55,007 nucleotides of DNA. Origin: Trichodelitschia bisporula (taxonomy: Eukaryota). How positions within the stretch are numbered: position 1 is the first letter of the stretch; the number at the start of each line of letters is the position of its first letter. This document shows, piece by piece, positions 12,396 through 24,722 of the stretch. Both the position numbers and the translations under genes were made by a program. The notes under the pieces are model-generated. The model worked only from the letters and a program-made list of their open reading frames with translations, ran no database searches and was not told where the DNA came from. The stretch is taken from positions 741,609 to 796,615 of the forward strand of contig ML996702.1 of assembly GCA_010356995.1 (NCBI GenBank), read 5' to 3'.

Positions 12396-14448
12396 GGTGA
12401 TGTTGTGGGGAGGTGGGAGGCCAACGGGGACCACCGGTATATGAATGGATATTGGGGACGGGACAGCTACCCGGTCGTTGCTTGTGGGGGGAGCATGGTG
12501 GTACTACCGCTCGGTCCTTATATGCAGGGAAGAAGCGAGCACGCGGGCTCTAGCAGGAAGGGGGGGGTCGCATATGGGCGGACAGGCTGAGGCTGGGCTT
12601 CGTGAAGGCTGGTTGGTTGATGCGAAGAGCTGCATGCAACGTTGGCGTTTGCCTCTGCGTCGGTGTCTGCCCCGGTCATTGCGTGGGCTGGAACGCGGGA
12701 TGGGGAGTGGTCGAGGGCTTCGAATGGCGCTGCGGAGTTATCACGCCTCATACGCGAACGATAACCAGATGGGTGGATGATCGCACCCGTCAGACGGCGG
12801 GACTCGGTATGATTTCGAGTGGACAAATTTCTTTCATCTCCCCACTGCCGTATCTTTCTTTGCGTCGACTGATGATTGTCCTGTAGGATCTGGTATCGCG
12901 GACGAGCTATCTTTGTCTCTGCCAATCCTGCCAGCGATCCAGCCGTACCAGCCTCGTGCAACACCTCCCGCATGAGGCAGACTCAAGCCGCGAGGCACAG
13001 CTCGCACGCACTCCTCCTCGGCGCAGGGCAGCGAGATCCGCCCCTCGCGGAAAATTCCAGGCCGAGTATATTGCGCATACCCCCCCCCCCAAAACACCAC
13101 GGCCATCTCACCCGCTTCCGGGCACAGCTCCGGGTGTCGTGTTGTTGATCCCGCACGCGGGATGTGTTCTGGAAATCTTCTATCGCCTCTCGGCCTATCT
13201 CAGTCGATTATCCCGCTTGCCGTCCTGTTATTCGGAGTGGCCGAGTCCAGAGTCTGCAGGTGGGACGGGCCCGCACGCCAACCCTGCGATCAAGCCGTGA
13301 CAAGGCCTCCTAGTTACGTGCTTGTTTCGCTGGCCATTCACGGCGCCGAGGCCTATCGCTGGCGCTCGTCCTGGGCCACAATTTCGCCGACAGTGTAGGC
13401 CTAATTTGGACATATCGCCATAATTACCACCGTATGAAGAGCATATCTACGAAGTGTCGCCACTCTCATCCCACTGTGCATCGCAAAACTCAGATCTCAT
13501 ACCACCAGTTTTATTCCCCATCGTGAACAACCAGCGGCCATCTCCGTCGTGCTCAACTCTCCCCACCTCGCCTTCATCACCACTCCCGCACCCTACCCTC
13601 GTATCCCCCCCCCCCTACCGACCCCGCAATCCACCTCCCCAAACCAGCCTAGCCCACCCCAAAAAAACCCTCACAAGCACACCCAAGCCCCGCCCTCCCA
13701 CACCTTAACCGCCTAGCCCCGCATCCCCCACCAGCCACAAAGGGAATGCGCCCCGGCCCGCCTGAAATGCCATGATCTCGCCGTGGGGTTTGCTCGTGCC
13801 GCGCGTGGGGTACCGCAGTGAACCAGTCTCTGCGCGGCTAGCGCCGGCCGTATTCCCATCAGCCTTGCCCGGCGCTACGACGCCGATGTGACCCTGCCAT
13901 CTGGCCCGCGATAAAGCTAGCGAACCGTGTGTCCGCGGCCCTACCGTACCAGTACCGTATACCGTACTGTAGTTCTAGGTCATGCTAGAATTAATGCAAA
14001 TGCCACCCGCGCTGGCCTCCCGGTATGACCACGCTGCAGCGATCGGCCGACGGCGGCGATCGAGGCCCCGCAGACCAGGTGCGCGGTATGTCGGGGGATC
14101 ATGACGGTGAGATATGCGCGTGCTGCGTGAGGCAGAGAAGGGCAGCTCGAGCTGCAGGCCCGTACCGCAAATAGCTGCGTCAGTGCCGCGCCGCTTGGGA
14201 ACAAGCTGCGGCTCCCAGGTGCACCGGCGCAATGCGGGGGCTTGGCGCGATATGGCAGCGTGCAGTGCGCCATTCGAGATTGTGCTGCAACGGCGGTATG
14301 CGGGTCTTAGATTTGGGAGAGGTGTTCGCTGTGCAGCTCAAAGAATATACGGATGTACTCCTCAGGAGGAAAGCCACATATGCGTTGTCATATCAACCGT
14401 CGTTATCCTGTAGCATAAGAACCTCATCCTGCGCAAATGTCTTCATTC

Positions 14449-14684
14449 CAGCCAAGATCCCCCATTATCACGCGAGCAAAGCTGAAAGATACATTCAACG
14501 CAGCCAAGATCCCCCATTTTGTCACCAAGCCCGCCAGCAAAACTGAAGGATACATTCATCGCAGCCAAGATCCCCCATTTTGTCACCAAGCCCGCGAGCA
14601 AACCTGAAAGATACATTCCTCGAAGCCGCGATCCCATTGTCACGTATGCACTCACGCGAGCAAAGCTGAAAGATACATTCCTCG
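14449..14684. repeat. Minisatellite, 4 imperfect units of 52-62 bp
   Basis: Each unit carries cagccaagatcccccatt... and gcgagcaaagctgaaagatacattc. Confidence 0.85.
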
Positions 14685-14970
14685 CTACCTAGCTCCTTCG
14701 ACGCCAGCCAGCCCTCAGCAACTAGCAGCCGGCCAGACCGCGAAACGCAAACTAGCGCCATGCCACCAACCCACCCCAGCAGCCGCCTAACGCGCGCCGC
14801 GCTTTCGCTTCAGCAGCTAGTAATACGGCCAGTAGCCGAGCTCACGCTGCCCTGGTGCAATCGACTCTGTGCGACAATTAGCGCCTTGCCAGGTGGTGCG
14901 AGCTTCAAACGCTGCGGAGCGCCCGGCGGTGATGACCTGAGTATGTGTCGAGCAATAAACGAGAAGACCC

Positions 14971-17900
14971 TCAATCGTACGCACCCGTCCCGCCAATCTG
15001 GCTTGCAAACGCTGTCGAGATGCTGCGCTCGTCGTCGTCGCGCACCGGCGCCCGGTATGTCGCCTCGTTGCGCCCGTTTGACTCGACGTACCGCTTGAGT
15101 CTGTCCGACTGGCTCAGACTCGCCGGCTTGCTGTCGTTGATGCTCAGCCCTGAGAGGCTGACTCCGCCTTGCGAGATGCTGCCGTTGAGGTCCGTGAGCT
15201 CGCTGACGACAGACTCGCCCGCCACGCTGCCGACGCCGTTGCCCTTCTTGCGCGCCGGGAGCTGCGGCCAAGATTCCGTGAAGTTGGAGAACATCGGGGG
15301 ATAGTTGGTTGGCAGTCCGACACCACCGAGCGTGGAATGCACCGACGATACGTCATCCGGAATATAGCCAACGATCGAGCTGTTATCCGTGTACTCGGAG
15401 CGCGGGCCACGGCCGCGTGTCATGCTGGAGGCGTGTTGGTACGCCATCTGGTAGCGCTGCGGGCCGCGGTAGCTCTGCTTCGGCCGGCTGAACTGGAGGA
15501 GTGAGACCTGAAGGTTGGAGAGTGGACCCTCGACGAGGCAGTTGCGCTCCTTGAAGTGAAGCAGCAGGTAGTGCCAGAGTGGATGCTTGGACAGGACCTT
15601 GGGGTTCCCGAGGATGACCAGACCGTATTTGGCGCGGGTCAGGGCCACGTTGAGGCGGCGAGGATCGCTCAAGAAGCCGATGCCCTGATGGTCGTTCGAG
15701 CGTACGCAGGAGAGCACAATGAAGTCTTTCTCACGGCCCTGGAATGCATCTACGGATGCCACCTCAATTTCCTTGTAGTTCTCCTTTTTGAACGTGCCGT
15801 TGGTCTGCATCGAGCTGACGATGTAGCTGCGCTGCCCTTCGTACGGCGTAATGATGCCGATGTCCTGTGGGTGCACACCGGCCTTGAAGAAGCGCGTCAC
15901 GATCTTCTCGACGTTCGTGGCCTCGGTGCGGTTGAGGTACGACGTCCCGGACGCGGATATTTCTTCGTTGCCGAGGTTGGACCAGAACATCATGGGCGAG
16001 TCGGCGACCGGCCACGGGAAGTCAATGTCCTTGCGCAGGCGCTGCTGCATGGTGACGCCGTTTTGCAGCGATCCATCGTAGAACATGTTGGACGGGAACT
16101 CGGACAAGCAAGGATGCATACGGTACTGTACCTGCAGGCGGATCGGCGCACATCCAAGAATGACGAGACGCTCGAACAGCGACTGGTTGAGGCCAGCCTT
16201 GGCCGCCTTTTTGTTCATGATGACCGGCCCGAGCTGCTGGTGGTCACCAACGAGGACTACCTGCTTGCAGCCGAGCACGAGGGGGATCATGCACTCGGGT
16301 TCAGCCGACTGGGTAGACTCGTCGATGAGCACGGTACGGAATTTGAACTTGGACAGCCGCGGGTCGCCAGCGCCGACGCACGTGCAGCAGATGACATCCG
16401 CATTGCTAAGAATCTCGCGCTCGGCGGCGCGCGTTAGCTGCTTGAACTTCTTCTCGTCCTGGCTCGACAACTCGCCGAGCTCGGCCTTAAGCTGGTTGAG
16501 TTTGTTGAGCTCGACACTAGTGTCGTTCATGCGGACCTGCTCGTGCAGCGAGAGGAAGCCCACAGGTGACTCAACATCCTCGCGCGATTTGGCCGTCACA
16601 CGCACGACCTTGAGTCCGGTGCGGTGGATACGCTCGCAAAGTTGGTCGACCGCGACGTTGGACGGCGCGCAGACAAGCACCTGGCCACCGTTGATCTTAG
16701 CAAGGTGGTAGATGATGGTGGCAGAGGTCACGGTCTTGCCGGTACCCGGCGGCCCCTGGATGAGGGATAGCGGCTTCTGAAGGACGCTCTTGACAGCATT
16801 GATCTGGCTACCGTTGAGCTCCGGGAGCCCTGGGACGCTGAACTTGCGCGGCAGCTGTGTCTTCATCGGCGCCGCAGCGACCTCGTGGCCGAGCAGGCGG
16901 TGGAATATGTAGCCCGACACGCTCATCTCATCAATGGCGAACGTCTTCATTGCGTGCTGCATGCGGTCAAACGACGTCGCCTTCCATACGTAGTCCGCCG
17001 TGAAATTATGCGTGCATTCGGTGGGCACAGACTTGTGGTCGCCCTTGGTGCGCAGCTCGATCGTGACTTCGTCCGACTGGTTGTTAGGAATCTTGATGAC
17101 GTAACCGACACCCTCCCAGTGCGGGCGCAACTCGCCAGTGTAGCGCAGGCGCATCTCATCACCGACGGCCAGCTTGACATCGCCGAGCTCGAGCTTTGGG
17201 AGAACGAAACTCGCGAGATGCTTGTTGTTGAGTCCGTAGTCCCAGCGCACGATGAGCCCGTCTTGGGACTGGCTCTCCTTGAGCTTGCGGTCGTAGTCAG
17301 CCTCGATTTTAACGAGAGGCCCGAACACATTCTGATACTGGTATGCATCGTCGTAGCGCAGAAGCACCGGAGCCGGCTCGTCATCGACGCCGGCCCCTTT
17401 TTCGAGGTCCGCAATGGTCGCATTCGCGTTCTCCTTCCACATTTCTTCAAGCTTGACGATCATCTGCGGGCTGAGATGGCGAGCGCGCAGCTGTTCCTGA
17501 TCCGACGGCTGCGCAACGAGCCACGGCAGAAACGAGCGGTCCTCAATGAGGGGCTGCCAGCGGGAGGTGTCCCAGTTCATGTCCTTGGATGACGGCATCG
17601 CCGCGCAAGGCTGGCGACAGAGAAGCACGACGACGGTATCCGACTTGGCCGGGATGAAGCCCAGCAGGAACACGTTCTTAACGCCACAGTTGTAGCACTC
17701 CAGAACGGTGTCACCGAGGGACGACGACGGGTGCAGCTGGACTTCCTTGTGACGGGCACGGACAAGGTGGTTGACGACGTGGGACGAAGAGGTATTGCCG
17801 CGCGCGCTGCAGAACCATTTGTTGCAGGCGAGGCACTTAACGACGCTGGACGTGTTGTGGATGCCGCAGTAACTGATCCTTAGCTTGATATCATAGATAG

Positions 17901-18173
17901 CGTAGATTTACGGGAAACCTACGCGCAGGCGTGTGGCGGCAGCTCGGTCTCTTCCTGCTTCGGCGTTTTACCGTTGCGGTCGACGGCCATGCTCGCCATG
18001 CTTTCCATGTCGTCGTCGTCGAAAACATCCGTTTCTTCATCGTCGTCCTGCCGGCGGCGGGGGGCAAGGCGGCCAAAGTTGCCATCGAGAATGCTCTCAT
18101 CGTCACCGGCGTTGATGTTAGACGTGGAGTCGGAGACCAGATGGTTCCCGAGGTGGGTGAAAGCGCCCTCCAT
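14971..18173 (-). CDS. UPF1: Nonsense-mediated decay RNA helicase Upf1
   Basis: [12 protein letters not shown] start; CH domain (HACA|YCGIH, KWFC) across intron 17873-17922; SF1 motifs [35 protein letters not shown]. Confidence 0.98.
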
Positions 18174-18414
18174 GGTGGCGTGGTGGTCAGCGTTGTGTGC
18201 AGTTGAAGTACATGGAGGTATTCGTGATGGTGGTGTTGGTGGGATGTCGATGGTTGCGGGATGGTTGGCTGGTGCGGTGGTTCCTGCAAGTCTGGGCATC
18301 GGCGGCAAAAATGGGCCGACAATTTTTACGTTTGATCCCGCCTTCAACGGTCGCTTTGTACGCGGCTTCTGCACACCGTCTGCACAACCACGGTCTGAAC
18401 CACCCAACACAATC

Positions 18415-19345
18415 ATGATTGTACGTCCTGCGTCCCTTCAAAGTCCACTGCTAATAGCCTCAGCGCAGGCAAGCCCGCGAGCGCCGCGACTACATCTACC
18501 GGCGTGCCCTCACGCTCCGCGATGCCGAAATCGCGGCCAAACGCTCCAAGCTCAAAGCCGCGCTCGCCAGCGGCAAACCACTCGACCCCGAAATCGCCAA
18601 CGACAAGGCCTTGCGAGCCGACTACAAGTTTGATGAGGCGCGCGCAGACCGCAGCGCACAGGATGAGCTGCAACTCGATGACGAGTACGCGGCTCTGAGC
18701 GGCATCCGCGACCCCCGCATTCTTGTCTCCACATCGCGCGACCCGTCATCTCGTCTGTCGACATTCGCCAAAGAGGTCCGTTTGCTGTTGCCGACGGCCA
18801 TTCGCCTCAACCGCGGCAACCTTGTGCTGCCGAACCTCGTATCGTCGGCAAAGGCCGCGGACTTGACGGACGTGATCTTGCTGCACGAGCACCGTGGCAC
18901 ACCAACGGCACTGACCATCTCGCACCTGCCGCACGGACCGACGGCCTCGTTTTCGCTGCACAACGTCGTCCTGCGTGCCGACATCCCCAACTCGGCGCGC
19001 GGCACGGTCAGCGAGGCCTACCCGCATCTGATCTTCGAGGGCTTCACAACGACGCTGGGCAAGCGCATCGTGCAAATTTTGAAGCACATCTTCCCACCGC
19101 GCGAGAATGGCGCGAAGGTGGGCAACCGCGTGGTGACATTCAAGAACATCGAGGACAGCGTCGAGGTGCGCCACCACGTCTTCGTCCAGACCGGTCACCA
19201 GAGTGTAGAGCTGGCGGAGGTTGGCCCGCGCATGACGATGAAGCTGTTTGAGATTCGCGCCGGGACGCTGGAGAACAAGGATGGCGACGTGGAGTGGCAC
19301 CTGAACCAGTACACGCGGACGAGCAAGAAGAAGGACTATCTGTAG
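18415..19345 (+). CDS. IMP4: U3 snoRNP protein Imp4 (Brix domain)
   Basis: MI|RRQARERRDYIYRRA (intron 18421-18463), TSRDPSSRL, HEHRGTP, ELAEVGPRMTM; divergent from UPF1 (241 bp). Confidence 0.96.
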
Positions 19346-19917
19346 GCCACGTTGGACGCGCTGCGTTGGGGCGCTACGTCGGTGCCCGCTACGTCGGGGC
19401 CGCTATGCTGTGTGGCTGCTACGTTTGGTGGCTGCTACGCTGCCCGCCCGACCCGGATTCGGCCCTCTGGATGATCCTAAACTGAACTCAGATGGATCCA
19501 TGGCAGGTAGCCTGTTGTCAGATGGATATTGCAGGTGGGATTGGCACCGGGTGGCCTGGTGGCAGAGCACTGAGGAAAAGGGCACTGGTGGGGATGGACA
19601 CTGGTGAACTCTGGTAGACACAGGAGATGGGCACTGGAGGGGAATAGACAAAAATAACGGACGACATGATACGCCCCAGTAGAAGTACATAGACCATATA
19701 GACGCTTCCCCGTCTCAAAAGTGGTCCGCCATCCACCATCAAATCGGTCAAGATGTGTGATGCCAATCACGTGACTCCATGCAACGTCGACCACCGCGCG
19801 CACTCGCCATTCGCGAATCGCACGCCCCCGTCCTTCTGCACCACGTGTCTCGGAAAAGTCGTCTGCCTCGTCCTCGCCCTCATCCACTCACTCTTTGTCC
19901 TTTACACCGCCGCCGCT

Positions 19918-20886
19918 ATGGATCCGTACTCGGCGGAAGGAGGTACGTCAATTGTTAGGCTCTCTGTATACCACTGACCGTCCAGAGCTCGTCAACATCC
20001 ACAACGCCTTCCACCAGGGCCAATACCAACAAGTCGCCGACTTCGACACCTCGTCCTTCTCCCCCTCCAACGCCCTCCCCGCTCGCGTTCTCCAACTCCG
20101 CGCCCGCCTCGCGCTCGGACAATACGACGAAGTGCTCGCCGACGTCAAGGGCGAGTCGGAGCCTGACCTCGCGGCCGTGCAAGTCCTCACCGAATACTTG
20201 AAGGGATCCTCCGGCGCCCTGGAGAAGGCGCAGGCCCTCGGCACGAAGGTGCCGGACAACCTCACGGTGCAGTTGCTGTGCGGAACTGTCCTTGCGGCCG
20301 CGGGGCACGTGGACGAGGCGTTGGCGCTGCTGTCGAAACACCAGGGCAGTCTTGACGCCGTCGCGCTCATTGTGCAGATCCACCTGCAGCAGAACCGGGC
20401 GGATCTTGCGGCTAAGGAGGCAGCTCAGGCGCGCAAGTGGGCGCAGGACAGTTTGCTGGTTAATATTGTGGAGTCGTGGGTAGGCATGCGACAGGTGGGT
20501 GCGGTCTACGGGTTTAACAATGGTCGCTGATTTTCTAGGGTGGTGAGAAGTACCAAGCCGCGTATTACGTCTTCGAGGAACTCGCTCAGGCCGTGGCTAC
20601 GCAGTCGGTGCAGTCGCTCGTGGGACAGGCTGTGGCGGAGCTGCACTTGGGCCGGCTGCCGGAGGCGGAGGCGGCGTTTGAGCAGGCGCAGGGGCTTGAG
20701 CCGCAGAGCGCGGATGTGCTTGCGAACCTGGTCGTACTGAAAACGATGTTAGGGAAGGATACGGGGGCGCTGAAGGAGAGTCTGGCTGGCGTCAAGCCGG
20801 ATCATCGACTGTTGGTTGACTTTGCGGAGAAGAGGGCGGAGTTTGAGCGGGCGTGTGAGCGGTACGCGGTTAAGTTTGAGCCGTAA
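19918..20886 (+). CDS. SEC28: Coatomer epsilon subunit (COPE)
   Basis: MDPYSAEG|ELVNIHNAFHQGQYQ; ARKWAQDSLLVNIVESWVGMRQ|GGEKYQAAYYVFEELAQ; introns 19943-19985 and 20495-20538. Confidence 0.92.
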
Positions 20887-23800
20887 AAGGCCTGTGGCTA
20901 AGTTGAGCTTTGAGCTGTGCACTGCTCGCCCGCAGACGGATATGGGATAGGGTATCACGGCAAGAGTGACTTGTCCCAGCGCTCATCCCGGAAGCAATCT
21001 CTCCCCAAACGGTCACGACAGGAGCTGTCTCTGTCGCCTTCACAAAGTGCTTAGCTTCGCCAGTGTCTGTAGGAGCAGCAGTTTACGCGATCAATGAACG
21101 TATGCCATCGGAATCAAGCACTCCCGAACCTTTTCGGCATTCAGCTCGGCAACCGCCGTAACATGATTCCGTACCTGATCCACCGGTGCGCAGCTGGGCA
21201 GGCCTGCATTGACATCATCTCACGGCACAAGAATCATAGACGTCATACTCTGTTAACCAGGCGAAGGGCGTCATTTTCTACTGGCTATGCGGTGGGCGTC
21301 TTACTCTGCACAGGCGCAACGGGCGTCACGGGCGAAGGCGTGATATCGCCCGGAATACGCATCCTCTGCCGCTTTCAGCCACCGGCGAGAAGTGCGGGGA
21401 CAGCGGGGTCCGGCGGGGTAGCTGAACGTGCCCTGCGCTGTTGCCCCGCCATCACCAGCTGCAGCTGCACGACGCCTTGCCATAGCGAGCGCCGCGAGCG
21501 AGCTGCATAGATCAGGGCATCGTGACGGCAGCGGGGTTGCCGTGGAGTCATCGCGACATGAGATCTTTTTGCCAGTCGTGGACACAAGCGCGCTTCCCGA
21601 TTCCTTCCTCACGATGCCGGGGGTCATGGAGCATGATGCATTACCTGGCAGCGTGTTTGCATGAATGATATTGTAAGCGGGAAGGTGTTACAGCCCGTAC
21701 ACGATGGGCTAGACCGGGCTGCTGCATGGGCTCACGGGGACAAGTGTCGTTGTTTCGCGATGGTGGGGTTGGGTGCATGCATGACGGGTTGTCTCGAGCA
21801 CGGCGGGCCATGCAGTGCGGAGCGGAACGGTTCGAAGGACGATGGAGGACGGTTCGATGCCGGTGGTCATGGGATCGCGGTGAGGGATGGTGTTCCATCT
21901 CAGATGCGAGTCTTCGAATTTGGTTCTGGATGGGCACTTTACTTTGACGTCTAGTTCCAGGATTCTTCCCCGCGGCTGAGCGGCGCTGCCCGCGATACCC
22001 CGCAGTTTCCCACGCGAAGCCGTGCGTTCGTTTATACTGTATCAGGAAAAGGCTGCCAAGGTTCTCCTTCCTATTTGGTACCATTGGGGATATACGATGC
22101 AGTGACAACTGCTACATTGCGAACGGATGGGATATATGTCATTTTTCAACCGGGATATGATACCCATTTTGGTGGTCGACTATCGGCGGCTGGGTCAGTA
22201 AGATTCTTCGCTCACAAGTTGGCCGAAGAAGACTCCATGACATCCGGGTCCAGAACTGACATCTTCCTTCAACGTTCATTCAGCCGCAGTATGGAGAGTC
22301 ATGGTTCGTGAGAGGTCTACTGGGGTAAATAGGATGGCCGGACTCGTTGTTGCTCTATGCCGCTGATCAGTTGGCCCTAGGACCATAATAAAAAGTCAAT
22401 TTGGATGTCTAGGTTGCAGAGACGAAATTATATCTTCCGGACTGCTTGGTTTCCAGCGCACTCTCAGCCTCATCCGGTAGGTAAAGTTTCGTGGATTAGA
22501 AGTTCAATGATTATGAAGAGCTCCTCCGCGTAAGCGGTGATACAAGTAGACAGAGATGGCCCATGATTTCTGTAGCTGCAGATGTGGCGGTGTTGGAGAA
22601 ACGTTCTTGCCTAATGTCTTGTGGACTCTCCACCATAAATGACGCATGGCCGACTACGGCTCCAACATCCTCTCTTTTGTTGCTCGTAGGCGGCGCATTC
22701 GTCACCTACACATACTCTGCAACTTTGCCGCTTACTCCATACCATCACTGCTTGAGCGACGAGTTGAGCGTCAAGTACTCCTCGCGGACACATCTCCGCT
22801 CACCCAACCGTAGACCTCTTCCATGGCGATATCAGACGAGGCTCTAAGGCCGGGGGTTCGTTGCGGCTCCTTTCGTTGACCACACCGCCAAGCTTGCATC
22901 GCTTAACTTACGTTCTTCGGCTCACACAACGCCTTGGTCGATCGTTGTGGATTCATCACAGCCCCATTTCCAAACAGGAGTTGGGACCAAATTGTAGGCG
23001 GGTTTGGAGGACCTTGGTGGCGATGGCCGCGTGCCACCAGCCTCTGCCAGTGTTCATTGGCCTCGTGAAGTAACTACGTACGGGGCGGACGCTCTTTCAT
23101 GAGGCGACCGCAGCGGCTTCAGATATCGCGAGTTGAAAAGGTTGGGAGTACAGTACGCCTTAGACGAGCGCTCGCTTGTCGACTGAGGCGCTCCATAGAG
23201 TAAGTTCAGGACTGCCTGGCTAGCATCCAGCTCATCCATGCCCCGGCAACGCAACATTCTGCAGAACACGGACAATTTGCTGGCAGTGATCTCTGCGACG
23301 TGCTTTATTTCATCAAGGCGCAGGCAAAGAGACTTCAAGCTCAGTACCTCCCAGACTTGTACCGTACCGCAATACGCACCTTTCTCGCAACCCGGGGCAG
23401 ACTGGCGCAGGCGGACTCGACGTCGGACGGATTTGGACGATGACGGTTGATGACCAGGCGGCGTTGAAGAGGCAGACGCCTCACAATGTCGAGATGCTGG
23501 TCTCGTGACTGGCATGTGATTTGTGCGTTCCCGAATAATAATGCGGCTCAGCATGACCAGACCGTCCCGATGATCTGCTCTCGCTTGCCGGTTCATTGGT
23601 TGTCAAACTGAGTCAGCGATGGCATCATTGATAGATATTGCTTTTCGTTCTTGCGCCGACAATATCCTGTTCGGGACATCCCCTTTCTGATCTTTTCCCC
23701 TCACTTCATCTGCTCCCGTTTCAGCAGCCGGTTACCATCGACGTCAGCGGCATGCCGACTCACTTACTCATTTACAAGCCCCACGATCGTACGCTGGCTG

Positions 23801-24264
23801 TTGGCCAGCTTCACAGCAATAACCAGGCGTGGGACACGCAGCACTACCAAGGCAGAACAGGCGCGGGAAAACGCGGGCGGATTTGTGAAAATTTGAGAAT
23901 GCCGGTGAAGAAACAAAGCACTGCAGCTTGGCCACGTCACATCACTGGGGACGGGGCGTTAGCCAACCGCGTCTATCCTGTGTGCTCGTCTTCACGGGAG
24001 ATGGGCGTCGTGCCCATGCGCCGAGAGCGTCTTGTGGATCCCTTCACGCTGCATTGCTGCAGCAGCTCGACTGGGGAAGAGGCAGTGCAGGGCGCGAGAG
24101 GGATGAGAGCACCCGCATCGACCGGGGCAGAAAGCAGGGAGATAGAGCTCGGCGTCAGTCGCCAGCTCCAGGTCGCCCTTCCAACACTCTGTTGTTCACC
24201 GCGGGCGGGGGAAGGAGGAGGACGATTCCAAAGAGAATAACGGGGGTGTTCAGTATCTCGACCG

Positions 24265-24266
<2 letters not shown>

Positions 24267-24300
<34 letters not shown>
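24267..24300. repeat. (TG)17 microsatellite
   Basis: Perfect tg run upstream of the C2H2 TF. Confidence 0.95.
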
Positions 24301-24301
<1 letters not shown>

Positions 24302-24722
24302 TCTTGACCCCCACCCCTGCTCCCCGCCAGCTCATTCTCATCCCCTGCGCCTAGTTCCCTTCCCCCCTCATCTGTCCCCCTCCCCGCTCCCACCCCCACA
24401 AACACACCGTTAAACAATCCGCTGCTTCCCTCAAGCTTTCAATATCCCCATATTCCCATCTCCCTTCTCCCAGCTCTCTCAGATTCCCAAACTTCCCAGC
24501 TTCAAACCTTCCCACACTTTCTCACCTTCGTCTCCCCATCAACTCTTTCAAACCCAACGCAATCCTCAAGTCAACGCGTCGCCGGTCCAAACGCCTACCG
24601 CCTGCCCTCTATCAACCATCTGCCCACGCTCTACCAGCACTTGGAACCTTTTTTTCTTGTTGCTCCCACAGTTTGTCGGCAATTTGCCATTCTCCGCAGG
24701 ACCCGTCGCGAGAGTGTGCACA

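Noticed and set aside
14449..14684. CRISPR-like repeat/spacer appearance
   Set aside because: The variable parts are related to each other, the context is eukaryotic and no cas genes are present; it is a minisatellite
15556..17592. Long antisense ORFs over UPF1 and other genes
   Set aside because: Shadow ORFs caused by high GC3 codon bias
21000..23900. Multiple short ORFs between SEC28 and the C2H2 TF
   Set aside because: No motifs or coherent splice structure; degenerate remnants cannot be excluded
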